Shown here: in pieces, positions 1 through 15,000 of the stretch
How the letters are laid out: the number at the start of each line of letters is the position of its first letter
Position numbering within the stretch: position 1 is the stretch's first letter
Source: Balanoglossus misakiensis
Taxonomy: Eukaryota > Animalia > Hemichordata
Direction of reading: 5' to 3'
NCBI GenBank assembly: GCA_040954595.2
Contig: CM082578.2
Coordinates: forward strand, 13,112,304-13,176,303
Length of the DNA stretch: 64,000 nt
Program-made: the position numbers and the translations under genes
The notes under the pieces: model-generated
What the model was told of the DNA's origin: nothing
Databases searched by the model: none
What the model saw: the letters and a program-made list of their open reading frames with translations, nothing else

Positions 1-3000
1 AAATCATCCAGAAATGACAATTTTTCGACTTTGCGAAATATCAAAATTTCTTCATTTTTTTGAAAAAACCATGGGTTATAGCTCATGAAAATCATCCAGA
101 AATGACAATTTTTCGACTTTGCGAAATATCAAAAATTTCTTCATTTTTTTGAAAAACCATGGGTTATAGCTCATGAAAATCATCCAGAAATGACAATTTT
201 TCGACTTTGCGAAATATCAAAATTTCTTCATTTTTTTGAAAAAACCATGGGTTATAGCTCATGAAAATCATCCAGAAATGACAATTTTTCGACTTTGCGA
301 AATATCAAAATTTCTTCATTTTTTTGAAAAAAACCATGGGTTATAGCTCATGAAAATCATCCAGAAATGACAATTTTTCGACTTTGCGAAATATCAAAAT
401 TTCTCATTTTTTTGAAAAAACCATGGGTTATAGCTCATGAAAATCATCCAGAAATGACCATTTTTCGACTTTGCGAAATATCAAAATTTCTTCATTTTTT
501 GAAAAAACCATGGGTTATAGCTCATGAAAATCATCCAGAAATGACAATTTTTTCGACTTTGCGAAATATCAAAAATTTCTTCATTTTTTTGAAAAAACCA
601 TGGGTTATAGCTCATGAAAATCATCCAGAAATGACAATTTTTCGACTTTGCGAAATATCAAAATTTCTTCATTTTTTTGAAAAAACCATGGGTTATAGCT
701 CATGAAAATCATCCAGAAATGACAATTTTTCGACTTTGCGAAATATCAAAATTTCTTCATTTTTTTTGAAAAAACCATGGGTTATAGCTCATGAAAATCA
801 TCCAGAAATGACAATTTTTCGACTTTGCGAAATATCAAAATTTCTTCATTTTTTTGAAAAAACCATGGGTTATAGCTCATGAAAATCATCCAGAAATGAC
901 AATTTTTCGACTTTGCGAAATATCAAAATTTCTTCATTTTTTTGAAAAAACCATGGGTTATAGCTCATGAAAATCGTCCAGAAATGACAATTTTTCGACT
1001 TTGCGAAATATCAAAATTTCTTCATTTTTTTGAAAAAACCATGGGTTATAGCTCATGAAAATCGTCCAGAAATGACAATTTTTCGACTTTGCGAAATATC
1101 AAAATTTCTTCATTTTTTTGAAAAAACCATGAGTTATAGCTCATGAAAATCATCCAGAAATGACAATTTTTCGACTTTGCGAAATATCAAAATTTCTTCA
1201 TTTTTTTGAAAAAACCATGGGTTATAGCTCATGAAAATCATCCAGAAATGACAATTTTTCGACTTTGCGAAATATCAAAATTTCTTCATTTTTTTGAAAA
1301 AACCATGGGTTATAGCTCATGAAAATCATCCAGAAATGACAATTTTTCGACTTTGCGAAATATCAAAATTTCTTCATTTTTTTGAAAAAACCATGGGTTA
1401 TAGCTCATGAAAATCATCCAGAAATGACAATTTTTCGACTTTGCGAAATATCAAAATTTCTTCATTTTTTTGAAAAAACCATGGGTTATAGCTCATGAAA
1501 ATCATCCAGAAATGACAATTTTTCGACTTTGCGAAATATCAAAATTTCTTCATTTTTTTGAAAAAACCATGGGTTATAGCTCATGAAAATCATCCAGAAA
1601 TGACAATTTTTCGACTTTGCGAAATATCAAAATTTCTTCATTTTTTTGAAAAAACCATGGGTTATAGCTCATGAAAATCATCCAGAAATGACAATTTTTC
1701 GACTTTGCGAAATATCAAAATTTCTTCATTTTTTTGAAAAAAACCATGGGTTATAGCTCATGAAAATCATCCAGAAATGACCATTTTTCGACTTTGCGAA
1801 ATATCAAAATTTCTTCATTTTTTTGAAAAAACCATGGGTTATAGCTCATGAAAATCATCCAGAAATGACAATTTTTCGACTTTGCGAAATATCAAAATTT
1901 CTTCATTTTTTTGAAAAAACCATGGGTTATAGCTCATGAAAATAATCCAGAAATGACAATTTTTCGACTTTGCGAAATATCAAAATTTCTTCATTTTTTT
2001 GAAAAAACCATGGGTTATAGCTCATGAAAATCATCCAGAAATGACAATTTTTCGACTTTGCGAAATATCAAAATTTCTTCATTTTTTTGAAAAACCATGG
2101 GTTATAGCTCATGAAAATCATCCAGAAATGACAATTTTTCGACTTTGCGAAATATCAAAATTTCTTCATTTTTTTGAAAAAACCATGGGTTATAGCTCAT
2201 GAAAATCATCCAGAAATGACAATTTTTCGACTTTGCGAAATATCAAAATTTCTTCATTTTTTTGAAAAAACCATGGGTTATAGCTCATGAAAATCATCCA
2301 GAAATGACAATTTTTCGACTTTGCGAAATATCAAAAATTTCTTCATTTTTTTGAAAAAAACCATGGGTTATAGCTCATGAAAATCTATCCAGAAATGACA
2401 ATTTTTCGACTTTGCGAAATATCAAAATTTCTTCATTTTTTTTGAAAAAACCATGGGTTATAGCTCATGAAAATCATCCAGAAATGACAATTTTTCGACT
2501 TTGCGAAATATCAAAATTTCTTCATTTTTTTGAAAAAACACATGGGTTATAGCTCATGAAAATCATCCAGAAATGACAATTTTTCGACTTTGCGAAATAT
2601 CAAAATTTCTTCATTTTTTTGAAAAAACCATGGGTTATAGCTCATGAAAATCATCCAGAAATGACAATTTTTCGACTTTGCGAAATATCAAAATTTCTTC
2701 ATTTTTTTGAAAAAACCATGGGTTATAGCTCATGAAAATCATCCAGAAATGACAATTTTTCGACTTTGCGAAATATCAAAATTTCTTCATTTTTTGAAAA
2801 AACCATGGGTTATAGCTCATGAAAATCATCCAGAAATGACAATTTTTCGACTTTGCGAAATATCAAAATTTCTTCATTTTTTTGAAAAAACCATGGGTTA
2901 TAGCTCATGAAAATCATCCAGAAATGACAATTTTTCGACTTTGCGAAATATCAAAATTTCTTCATTTTTTTGAAAAAACCATGGGTTATAGCTCATGAAA

Positions 3001-6000
3001 ATCATCCAGAAATGACAATTTTTCGACTTTGCGAAATATCAAAATTTCTTCATTTTTTTGAAAAAACCATGGGTTATAGCTCATGAAAATCATCCAGAAA
3101 TGACAATTTTTCGACTTTGCGAAATATCAAATTTCTTCATTTTTTTGAAAAAACCATGGGTTATAGCTCATGAAAATCATCCAGAAATGACAATTTTTCG
3201 ACTTTGCGAAATATCAAAATTTCTTCATTTTTTTGAAAAAACCATGGGTTATAGCTCATGAAAATCATCCAGAAATGACAATTTTTCGACTTTGCGAAAT
3301 ATCAAAATTTCTTCATTTTTTTGAAAAAACCATGGGTTATAGCTCATGAAAATCGTCCAGAAATGACAATTTTTCGACTTTGCGAAATATCAAAATTTCT
3401 TCATTTTTTTGAAAAAACCATGGGTTATAGCTCATGAAAATCATCCAGAAATGACAATTTTTCGACTTTGCGAAATATCAAAATTTCTTCATTTTTTTGA
3501 AAAAACCATGGGTTATAGCTCATGAAAATCATCCAGAAATGACAATTTTTCGACTTTGCGAAATATCAAAATTTCTTCATTTTTTTGAAAAAACCATGGG
3601 TTATAGCTCATGAAAATCATCCAGAAATGACAATTTTTCGACTTTGCGAAATATCAAAATTTCTTCATTTTTTTGAAAAAACCATGGGTTATAGCTCATG
3701 AAAATCATCCAGAAATGACAATTTTTCGACTTTGCGAAATATCAAAATTTCTTCATTTTTTTGAAAAAACCATGGGTTATAGCTCATGAAAATCATCCAG
3801 AAATGACAATTTTTCGACTTTGCGAAATATCAAAATTTCTTCATTTTTTTGAAAAAACCATGGGTTATAGCTCATGAAAATCATCCAGAAATGACAATTT
3901 TTCGACTTTGCGAAATATCAAAATTTCTTCATTTTTTTGAAAAAACCATGGTTATAGCTCATGAAAATCATCCAGAAATGACAATTTTTCGACTTTGCGA
4001 AATATCAAAATTTCTTCATTTTTTTGAAAAAACCATGGGTTATAGCTCATGAAAATCATCCAGAAATGACAATTTTTCGACTTTGCGAAATATCAAAATT
4101 TCTTCATTTTTTTGAAAAAACCATGGGTTATAGCTCATGAAAATCATCCAGAAATGACAATTTTTCGACTTTGCGAAATATCAAAATTTCTTCATTTTTT
4201 TGAAAAAACCATGGGTTATAGCTCATGAAAATCATCCAGAAATGACAATTTTTCGACTTTGCGAAATATCAAAATTTCTTCATTTTTTTGAAAAAACCAT
4301 GGGTTATAGCTCATGAAAATCATCCAGAAATGACAATTTTTCGACTTTGCGAAATATCAAAATTTCTTCATTTTTTTGAAAAAACCATGGGTTATAGCTC
4401 ATGAAAATCATCCAGAAATGACAATTTTTCGACTTTGCGAAATATCAAAATTTCTTCATTTTTTTGAAAAAACCATGGGTTATAGCTCATGAAAATCATC
4501 CAGAAATGACAATTTTTCGACTTTGCGAAATATCAAAATTTCTTCATTTTTTTGAAAAAACCATGGGTTATAGCTCATGAAAATCATCCAGAAATGACAA
4601 TTTTTCGACTTTGCGAAATATCAAAATTTCTTCATTTTTTGAAAAAACCATGGGTTATAGCTCATGAAAATCATCCAGAAATGACAATTTTTCGACTTTG
4701 CGAAATATCAAAATTTCTTCATTTTTTTTGAAAAAAACCATGGGTTATAGCTCATGAAAATCATCCAGAAATGACAATTTTTCGACTTTGCGAAATATCA
4801 AAATTTCTTCATTTTTTTGAAAAAACCATGGGTTATAGCTCATGAAAATCATCCAGAAATGACAATTTTTCGACTTTGCGAAATATCAAAATTTCTTCAT
4901 TTTTTGAAAAAACCATGGGTTATAGCTCATGAAAATCATCCAGAAATGACAATTTTTCGACTTTGCGAAATATCAAAATTTCTTCATTTTTTTGAAAAAA
5001 CCATGGGTTATAGCTCATGAAAATCATCCAGAAATGACAATTTTTCGACTTTGCGAAATATCAAAATTTCTTCATTTTTTTGAAAAAACCATGGGTTATA
5101 GCTCATGAAAATCATCCAGAAATGACAATTTTTCGACTTTGCGAAATATCAAAATTTCTTCAATTTTTTTGAAAAAACCATGGGTTATAGCTCATGAAAA
5201 TCATCCAGAAATGACAATTTTTCGACTTTGCGAAATATCAAAATTTCTTCATTTTTTTGAAAAAACCATGGGTTATAGCTCATGAAAATCATCCAGAAAT
5301 GACAATTTTTCGACTTTGCGAAATATCAAAATTTCTTCATTTTTTTGAAAAAACCATGGGTTATAGCTCATGAAAATCATCCAGAAATGACAATTTTTCG
5401 ACTTTGCGAAATATCAAAATTTCTTCATTTTTTTGAAAAAACCATGGGTTATAGCTCATGAAATCATCCAGAAATGACAATTTTTCGACTTTGCGAAATA
5501 TCAAAATTTCTTCATTTTTTTGAAAAAACCATGGGTTATAGCTCATGAAAATCATCCAGAAATGACAATTTTTCGACTTTGCGAAATATCAAAATTTCTT
5601 CATTTTTTTGAAAAAACCATGGGTTATAGCTCATGAAAATCATCCAGAAATGACAATTTTTCGACTTTGCGAAATATCAAAATTTCTTCATTTTTTTGAA
5701 AAAACCATGGGTTATAGCTCATGAAAATCATCCAGAAATGACAATTTTTCGACTTTGCGAAATATCAAAATTTCTTCATTTTTTTGAAAAAACCATGGGT
5801 TATAGCTCATGAAAATCATCCAGAAATGACAATTTTTCGACTTTGCGAAATATCAAAATTTCTTCATTTTTTTGAAAAAACCCATGGGTATAGCTCATGA
5901 AAATCATCCAGAAATGACAATTTTTCGACTTTGCGAAATATCAAAATTTCTTCATTTTTTTGAAAAAACCATGGGTATAGCTCATGAAAATCATCCAGAA

Positions 6001-9000
6001 ATGACAATTTTTCGACTTTGCGAAATATCAAAATTTCTTCATTTTTTTGAAAAAACCATGGGTTATAGCTCATGAAAATCGTCCAGAAATGACAATTTTT
6101 CGACTTTGCGAAATATCAAAATTTCTTCATTTTTTTGAAAAAACCATGGGTTATAGCTCATGAAAATCAGTCCAGAAATGACAATTTTTCGACTTTGCGA
6201 AATATCAAAAATTTCTTCATTTTTTTGAAAAAACCATGGGTTATAGCTCATGAAAATCATCCAGAAATGACAATTTTTCGACTTTGCGAAATATCAAAAT
6301 TTCTTCATTTTTTTGAAAAAACCATGGGTTATAGCTCATGAAAATCATCCAGAAATGACAATTTTTCGACTTTGCGAAATATCAAAATTTCTTCATTTTT
6401 TTGAAAAAACCATGGGTTATAGCTCATGAAAATCATCCAGAAATGACAATTTTTTCGACTTTGCGAAATATCAAAATTTCTTCATTTTTTTGAAAAAACC
6501 ATGGGTTATAGCTCATGAAAATCATCCAGAAATGACAATTTTTCGACTTTGCGAAATATCAAAATTTCTTCATTTTTTTGAAAAAACCATGGGTTATAGC
6601 TCATGAAAATCATCCAGAAATGACAATTTTTCGACTTTGCGAAATATCAAAATTTCTTCATTTTTTTTGAAAAAACCATGGGTTATAGCTCATGAAAATC
6701 ATCCAGAAATGACAATTTTTCGACTTTGCGAAATATCAAAATTTCTTCATTTTTTTGAAAAAACCATGGGTTATAGCTCATGAAAATCATCCAGAAATGA
6801 CAATTTTTCGACTTTGCGAAATATCAAAATTTCTTCATTTTTTTGAAAAAACCATGGGTTATAGCTCATGAAAATCATCCAGAAATGACAATTTTTCGAC
6901 TTTGCGAAATATCAAAATTTCTTCATTTTTTTGAAAAAACCATGGGTTATAGCTCATGAAAATCATCCAGAAATGACAATTTTTCGACTTTGCGAAATAT
7001 CAAAATTTCTTCATTTTTTTGAAAAAACCATGGGTTATAGCTCATGAAAATCATCCAGAAATGACAATTTTTCGACTTTGCGAAATATCAAAATTTCTTC
7101 ATTTTTTTGAAAAAACCATGGGTTATAGCTCATGAAAATCATCCAGAAATGACAATTTTTTCGACTTTGCGAAATATCAAAATTTCTTCATTTTTTTGAA
7201 AAAACCATGGGTTATAGCTCATGAAAATCATCCAGAAATGACAATTTTTCGACTTTGCGAAATATCAAAATTTCTTCATTTTTTTGAAAAAACCATGGGT
7301 TATAGCTCATGAAAATCATCCAGAAATGACAATTTTTCGACTTTGCGAAATATCAAAATTTCTTCATTTTTTTGAAAAAACCATGGGTTATAGCTCATGA
7401 AAATCATCCAGAAATGACAATTTTTCGACTTTGCGAAATATCAAAATTTCTTCATTTTTTTGAAAAAACCATGGGTTATAGCTCATGAAAATCATCCAGA
7501 AATGACAATTTTTCGACTTTGCGAAATATCAAAATTTCTTCATTTTTTTGAAAAAACCATGGGTAAAGCTCATGAAAATCATCCAGAAATGACAATTTTT
7601 CGACTTTGCGAAATATCAAAATTTCTTCATTTTTTTGAAAAAACCATGGGTTATAGCTCATGAAAATCGTCCAGAAATGACAATTTTTCGACTTTGCGAA
7701 ATATCAAAATTTCTTCATTTTTTTGAAAAAACCATGGGTTATAGCTCATGAAAATCGTCCAGAAATGACAATTTTTCGACTTTGCGAAATATCAAAATTT
7801 CTTCATTTTTTTGAAAAAACCATGGGTTATAGCTCATGAAAATCATCCAGAAATGACAATTTTTCGACTTTGCGAAATATCAAAATTTCTTCATTTTTTT
7901 GAAAAAAACCATGGGTTATAGCTCATGAAAATCATCCAGAAATGACAATTTTTCGACTTTGCGAAATATCAAAATTTCTTCATTTTTTTGAAAAAACCAT
8001 GGGTTATAGCTCATGAAAATCATCCAGAAATGACAATTTTTCGACTTTGCGAAATATCAAAATTTCTTCATTTTTTTGAAAAAACCATGGGTTATAGCTC
8101 ATGAAAATCATCCAGAAATGACAATTTTTCGACTTTGCGAAATATCAAAATTTCTTCATTTTTTTGAAAAAACCATGGGTTATAGCTCATGAAAATCATC
8201 CTGAAATGACAATTTTTCGACTTTGCGAAATATCAAAATTTCTTCATTTTTTTTGAAAAAACCATGGGTTATAGCTCATGAAAATCATCCAGAAATGACA
8301 ATTTTTCGACTTTGCGAAATATCAAAATTTCTTCATTTTTTTGAAAAAACCATGGGTTATAGCTCATGAAAATCATCCAGAAATGACAATTTTTCGACTT
8401 TGCGAAATATCAAAATTTCTTCATTTTTTTGAAAAAACCATGGGTTATAGCTCATGAAAATCATCCAGAAATGACAATTTTTCGACTTTGCGAAATATCA
8501 AAATTTCTTCATTTTTTTGAAAAAACCATGGGTTATAGCTCATGAAAATCATCCAGAAATGACAATTTTTCGACTTTGCGAAATATCAAAATTTCTTCAT
8601 TTTTTTGAAAAAACCATGGGTTATAGCTCATGAAAATCATCCAGAAATGACAATTTTTCGACTTTGCGAAATATCAAAATTTCTTCATTTTTTTGAAAAA
8701 ACCATGGGTTATAGCTCATGAAAATCATCCAGAAATGACAATTTTTCGACTTTGCGAAATATCAAAATTTCTTCATTTTTTTTGAAAAAACCATGGGTTA
8801 TAGCTCATGAAAATCATCCAGAAATGACAATTTTTCGACTTTGCGAAATATCAAAATTTCTTCATTTTTTTGAAAAAACCATGGGTTATAGCTCATGAAA
8901 ATCATCCAGAAATGACAATTTTTCGACTTTGCGAAATATCAAAATTTCTTCATTTTTTTGAAAAAACCATGGGTTATAGCTCATGAAAATCATCCAGAAA

Positions 9001-11493
9001 TGACAATTTTTCGACTTTGCGAAATATCAAAATTTCTTCATTTTTTTGAAAAAACCATGGGTTATAGCTCATGAAAATCATCCAGAAATGACAATTTTTC
9101 GACTTTGCGAAATATCAAAATTTCTTCATTTTTTTTGAAAAAACCATGGGTTATAGCTCATGAAAATCATCCAGAAATGACAATTTTTCGACTTTGCGAA
9201 ATATCAAAATTTCTTCATTTTTTTGAAAAAACCATGGGTTATAGCTCATGAAAATCATCCAGAAATGACAATTTTTCGACTTTGCGAAATATCAAAATTT
9301 CTTCATTTTTTTGAAAAAACCATGGGTTATAGCTCATGAAAATCATCCAGAAATGACAATTTTTCGACTTTGCGAAATATCAAAATTTCTTCATTTTTTT
9401 GAAAAAACCATGGGTTATAGCTCATGAAAATCATCCAGAAATGACAATTTTTCGACTTCGCGAAATATCAAAATTTCTTCATTTTTTTGAAAAAACCATG
9501 GTTTATAGCTCATGAAAATCATCCAGAAATGACAATTTTTCGACTTTGCGAAATATCAAAATTTCTTCATTTTTTTGAAAAAACCATGGTTATAGCTCAT
9601 GAAAATCGTCCAGAAATGACAATTTTCGACTTTGCGAAATATCAAAATTTCTTCATTTTTTTGAAAAAACCATGGGTTATAGCTCATGAAAATCATCCAG
9701 AAATGACAATTTTTCGACTTGCGAAATATCAAAATTTCTTCATTTTTTTGAAAAAACCATGGGTTATAGCTCATGAAAATCATCCAGAAATGACAATTTT
9801 TCGACTTTGCGAAATATCAAAATTTCTTCATTTTTTTGAAAAAACCATGGGTTATAGCTCATGAAAATCATCCAGAAATGACAATTTTTCGACTTTGCGA
9901 AATATCAAAATTTCTTCATTTTTTTGAAAAAACCATGGGTTATAGCTCATGAAAATCATCCAGAAATGACAATTTTTCGACTTTGCGAAATATCAAAATT
10001 TCTTCATTTTTTTGAAAAAACCATGGGTTATAGCTCATGAAAATCATCCAGAAATGACAATTTTTCGACTTTGCGAAATATCAAAATTTCTTCATTTTTT
10101 TGAAAAAACCATGGGTTATAGCTCATGAAAATCATCCAGAAATGACAATTTTTCGACATCGCGAAATATCAAAATTTCTTCATTTTTTTGAAAAAACCAT
10201 GGTTTATAGCTCATGAAAATCATCCAGAAATGACAATTTTTCGACTTTGCGAAATATCAAAATTTCTTCATTTTTTTGAAAAAACCATGGGTTATAGCTC
10301 ATGAAAATCATCCAGAAATGACAATTTTTCGACTTTGCGAAATATCAAAATTTCTTCATTTTTTTGAAAAAACCATGGGTTATAGCTCATGAAAATCGTC
10401 CAGAAATGACAATTTTTCGACTTTGCGAAATATCAAAATTTCTTCATTTTTTTGAAAAAACCATGGGTTATAGCTCATGAAAATCGTCCAGAAATGACAA
10501 TTTTTCGACTTTGCGAAATATCAAAATTTCTTCATTTTTTTTGAAAAAACCATGGGTTATAGCTCATGAAAATCGTCCAGAAATGACAATTTTTCGACTT
10601 TGCGAAATATCAAAATTTCTTCATTTTTTTGAAAAAACCATGGGTTTATAGCTCATGAAAATCGTCCAGAAATGACAATTTTTCGACTTTGCGAAATATC
10701 AAAATTTCTTCATTTTTTTTGAAAAAACCATGGGTTATAGCTCATGAAAATCATCCAGAAATGACAATTTTTCGACTTTGCGAAATATCAAAATTTCTTC
10801 ATTTTTTTGAAAAAACCATGGGTTATAGCTCATGAAAATCATCCAGAAATGACAATTTTTCGACTTTGCGAAATATCAAAATTTCTTCATTTTTTGAAAA
10901 AACCATGGGTTATAGCTCATGAAAATCATCCAGAAATGACAATTTTTCGACTTTGCGAAATATCAAAATTTCTTCATTTTTTTGAAAAAACCATGGGTTA
11001 TAGCTCATGAAAATCATCCAGAAATGACAATTTTTCGACTTTGCGAAATATCAAAATTTCTTCATTTTTTGAAAAAACCATGGGTTATAGCTCATGAAAA
11101 TCATCCAGAAATGACAATTTTTCGACTTTGCGAAATATCAAAATTTCTTCATTTTTTTGAAAAAAACCATGGGTTATAGCTCATGAAAATCATCCAGAAA
11201 TGGCAATTTTTCGACTTTGCGAAATATCAAAATTTCTTCATTTTTTTGAAAAGACCATGGGTTATAGCTCATGAAAATCATCCAGAAATGACAATTTTTC
11301 GACTTTGCGAAATATCAAAATTTCTTCATTTTTTTTTAAAAAAACCATGGGTTATAGCTCATGAAAATCATCCAGAAATGACAATTTTTCGACTTTGCGA
11401 AATATCAAAATTTCTTCATTTTTTTTAAAAAACCATGGGTTATAGCTCATGAAAATCATCCAGAAATGACAATTTTTCGACTTTGCGAAATAT
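1..11493. repeat. 88-bp tandem satellite array, ~130 near-identical copies, runs off the left edge
   Basis: Unit GAAAATCATCCAGAAATGACAATTTTTCGACTTTGCGAAATATCAAAATTTCTTCATTTTTTTGAAAAAACCATGGGTTATAGCTCAT (88 nt counted at 1321-1408) repeats head-to-tail and ends abruptly mid-unit at ...GCGAAATAT 11493. Variation is mostly +/-1 homopolymer length plus rare substitutions. Confidence 0.99.
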
Positions 11494-11549
11494 AAAAAAA
11501 ATGATGATTTCAATATACGGAACGCAGGGCTTATCTTAGGATGAGCAGA

Positions 11550-11900
11550 GCTTATACTATTTTGAGATTGGGTGTTGGTGATATACGTGTACTAGTATTA
11601 CCAGCTTTACGTGTGCCAGTGTACAGCTTTACGCTAATGGCAAAACCAAATGTCTCCACCAGATGATAAGAAGTAATTTCGTCCAGAAATCCCAATCATG
11701 CTCGATCCCACAAATAGATATTCCTCGACCGCATGGGATGGTAATGGGATAATTAATAAGCCTCTATGGCCCATGGATTGCGTTCGCATCGTTAATCATT
11801 GTGGTGTATCATGCAGAACTCGATGATCTCGTTGATCGCCGTGTTGTTTGTGGAAGATATGTGATATCTCTATACGGAGCTTTCACGATCGCAAGAAGTC
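11550..11900 (+). mobile_element. Possible highly decayed non-LTR retrotransposon (CR1/L2-like) RT C-terminal fragment
   Basis: Frameshifted pieces LGV-x-D (~11568), PQI-x-YSSTAWDG (~11708-11742, like the P-x-x-D-Y-x-S-x-V-W motif of CR1/L2 ORF2) and ELDDLVDRR (~11816). No intact ORF; pattern recognition only. Confidence 0.3.
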
Positions 11901-12042
11901 GTTCGATCAAATTACATAAGAGTATATGTAGGACCTCGCATATTGTATTACAAGTCGAGACTTGACAAAAATCCTACCGAGGGAACCTGCACCTAAAATG
12001 AAATCCCCATCCTCGATTGATGCAGCTTCATAAACATAAAGT

Positions 12043-12075
12043 GGGGGGGGGGGGGGGGGGGGGGAGGGGGTACTC
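12043..12075 (+). repeat. Poly-G tract G22-A-G5 followed by TACTC
   Basis: Directly visible; G-quadruplex-capable; may be the end of a small interspersed repeat. Confidence 0.8.
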
Positions 12076-15000
12076 TCATAGAAGTCCCAGACAAATATAC
12101 CAATATACCAAGAAGTGGGTAGTAATTTAGGATACAGTGATCCAGAATGGGCTACGCTGATTTGGATTATTTATGCATGAAATCGTATGGCCCGAAGCGC
12201 ACCAATAAATTAATAAATACCAGTTTGGTTTATAAGGGCTTTAAAATCGTTTCTTTTAAATAATACCCGGCGTCGATGCCGGCAATTCATCCAGGTCAAT
12301 CAGATGACGTCATTTTTTGTGTGGCAGAATAGGAACCGAACTAAATTTCAAGACAAATTTATTGTTAAATGGGGCTAGGATTTGCTGGTGGGTAAAATCT
12401 GGGGAAAGTGGTTAATGCGCGTGAGGCAATAATTTTGTGTTTAATCTGCGCGTACATGTACTTGTCTGAGTGCGTTATCGAAATAGTACGGTAAGACGCC
12501 ATTGCGTCTAAATAATAGACGCCATAGGGTCTGATTAATTGAATCGGTGGCCTCTTTACTTGTGACCCCCGGTCTACTGTTATTACTTCTAGACAAGCCT
12601 AAAACCGAAGATGTCGACGGACCAGCCTGATAATCTTTCTTTCAAAATGTGTGTTTAAAGGGCGTGCATTCTTGATCCGAAATCGTTTTTTTTTCGCCGG
12701 CGGGGAGACCCCCAATGGTACAGTCTAAGACAGGCTTTGTGACACCTGACCCTTATTTATATAAATCTTCTGATTGAATCCTTATCAGTATTGCCGAATC
12801 CAATGGGGAATAAATCGATTGCGGAGTAGTGTTATAGATCCGTGTTCATCTTCGTTTCCAGGGGTCTTTGCTACCGTGGAGAGGCGGTTGCTGCACAACG
12901 AGAACGGCAAAAAAATACGGTGAGGATAAGAACAGAGCTTATCTCTACAGTTAGTTTTAATCGAATTGTGACAATTCACGTGCCTTAATAAACTTTATTT
13001 CTGATATTGAAAACTTGGTTTAGTGTTTTGTATAGTGCCTAAGGGGCTGGATGTGGCATGTTTTGAAACAAACGGTTGTATCATGACTCAATTTCTGATG
13101 TAAGTTCACATAGGACACGCGAATAAATAAACTTTAACTTAGCTATAGTCCGGCAATGGTAGTCTGCGATGTCAGATACCTCTTTGTTGGTATCTTTGTT
13201 TTGGTCACGAAGTGGTTTTCGATCCCTGGCTCCAGCACAATGTCATTTGTCCTGAAAAAGCTATGAAATTAAAAAAATATCTGTTACTTTCTCATGATGC
13301 GTCAGTTGGTTTCCAATAGCGACAAATTCGGCGTTTGTTCTTTTGTTGTCTGTTATAAGATTTGAGCGAAAAAGCATTTCTAGGGAATCAAAAAATCGTC
13401 AGTGGTGGTGGAAAATGTAAAAATATACTTGGGTGTTGTTATATTTAGTGCAGAGTCGCACTTAGGTGGTCGCGTGTTAAAGTCGCCGGCCACAGCAAAG
13501 AAAGAGTCGAAATAGAACCCGAAGTAACGGAATATTCAAAAACGTGAGATGGAATAGTATGACCATATTGTAAATAAATTGGAAATACGACTTAATGTTA
13601 TTTTTAAACCCTTATTCGCATCGAGGCAGTCGTGTTGAAATCCTCAGATCACACGTTTTGCTTGGATAATCATGTTGCACTGTATGTCGTGATCACTGAC
13701 CGGATTTCAATGGGTGACTTCTTGCGGTGAACTAAACTTAGAATTCATGCACCGCCACCATATCAAATATTCCCTCGTTTTCGTATTACCGTTTCGTATT
13801 ACCATGGGAGACGAAACTGCTCCAGAGCTTCCGCGGGCCATGTTGCATCAGTTGCGGAGGACGATAGATCACATTTCATGAGCTTGTGCACTGGGCCAAC
13901 TCGGATGCTTTGTAGAATATAAAGAAAATTGGTATTTTGATTAGAATTACACAAGTGTATTCAGTCATACACTTTATTTTAATTGATTATTTCCCTTGTT
14001 GTCTATTAGCAAGCCTAGAGGGTCAAAAGTTCACCAGCAGCCAGAACTGACAGCGATCTTTTCGATGTGCTTCAACGGCAGAGGGACCTGTCAAGACGGT
14101 TTGGGACATACTCGGAGGGCGCCCTCTGTGCACAGAAAGGTGCGTGGTGCCCTCTTGATAAAAAAATCATTAGTGAAAGTTAATTATAAGACAATTTGAT
14201 ACAGCTGAAATAAGCTCAGAGATTACGCAACTAAAAACACAGCAAGTGTATAAACTCATAACTTGGAGCTTATAAATAAATACAAATGCATTGGAGCAAG
14301 CCTAGTTACTTAATTTATCGCTCTCCGAAAAACGTACCGATTTAGGTCACTGATATTACATTGCATTTATTTTCAGATTATCTTCAGATGTCTGTCCCCA
14401 GCAACTTGAAACACTCGGATGCGCGTGGGCCTTGCTGCCGGGATCATGGACTCAGCGGAGCGATAAATTATCACGTGGACGTACAAATGTACATGTATGG
14501 CGCATTTCGTTGGAATAATACGATAATGAGTTTTCATCGGTCCGTGTACTATCCAGTCTTTCTTCTTCTTTTTTACCGCGATTTCCTCGGAGTAAATCAT
14601 TTAATCCGGAGGCTTTAAAATACATATAGAAGCCATATTCATCCTTCAGAATGAAAAAGCGACTGATGTTACAAAACGTGCAGCTTTACATCAGTGAGGT
14701 AATTGATAATCCGATGGGTGTCCAGGGGGTCGTAGAGAAGAGCGTACAGTGCATCGAGGAACCATAACAAGAATTAGACTGACTGAACCATAATACTGTG
14801 ATATGTGTGTACTTGTCCGAGTAAGAATCAAATTGAACACTGCCGGCTGTCTTACTCGCGAATAATCCCAAAGTGACAATACATTATATTTTGAAACTGG
14901 AGAACCAAAGTACATGTATAGCAAAGTCGCAAGTTAATTGAACCCCAAAATAACATAGATCTTTGTCTTACATATACTAGCACCTCCAGAAGGAATTTGT

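Noticed and set aside
367-11428. Repetitive ORFs (MKKPWVIAHENHPEMTIF...)
   Set aside because: Translations of the 88-bp satellite; unit length is not a multiple of 3 and the ORFs depend on homopolymer indels.
1-11493. CRISPR array or CENP-B box in the repeat
   Set aside because: No unique spacers and eukaryotic context; TTCG-N6-CGAAA does not fit the CENP-B box TTCG-N4-A-N2-CGGG.
13195-13240. B-box-like GGTTTTCGATCCC suggesting a tRNA/SINE
   Set aside because: No convincing A box or cloverleaf.
13800-14620. GC-richer, exon-like patches upstream of gene A
   Set aside because: Could not build a phase-consistent model with a recognisable product; a small or non-coding gene is not excluded.
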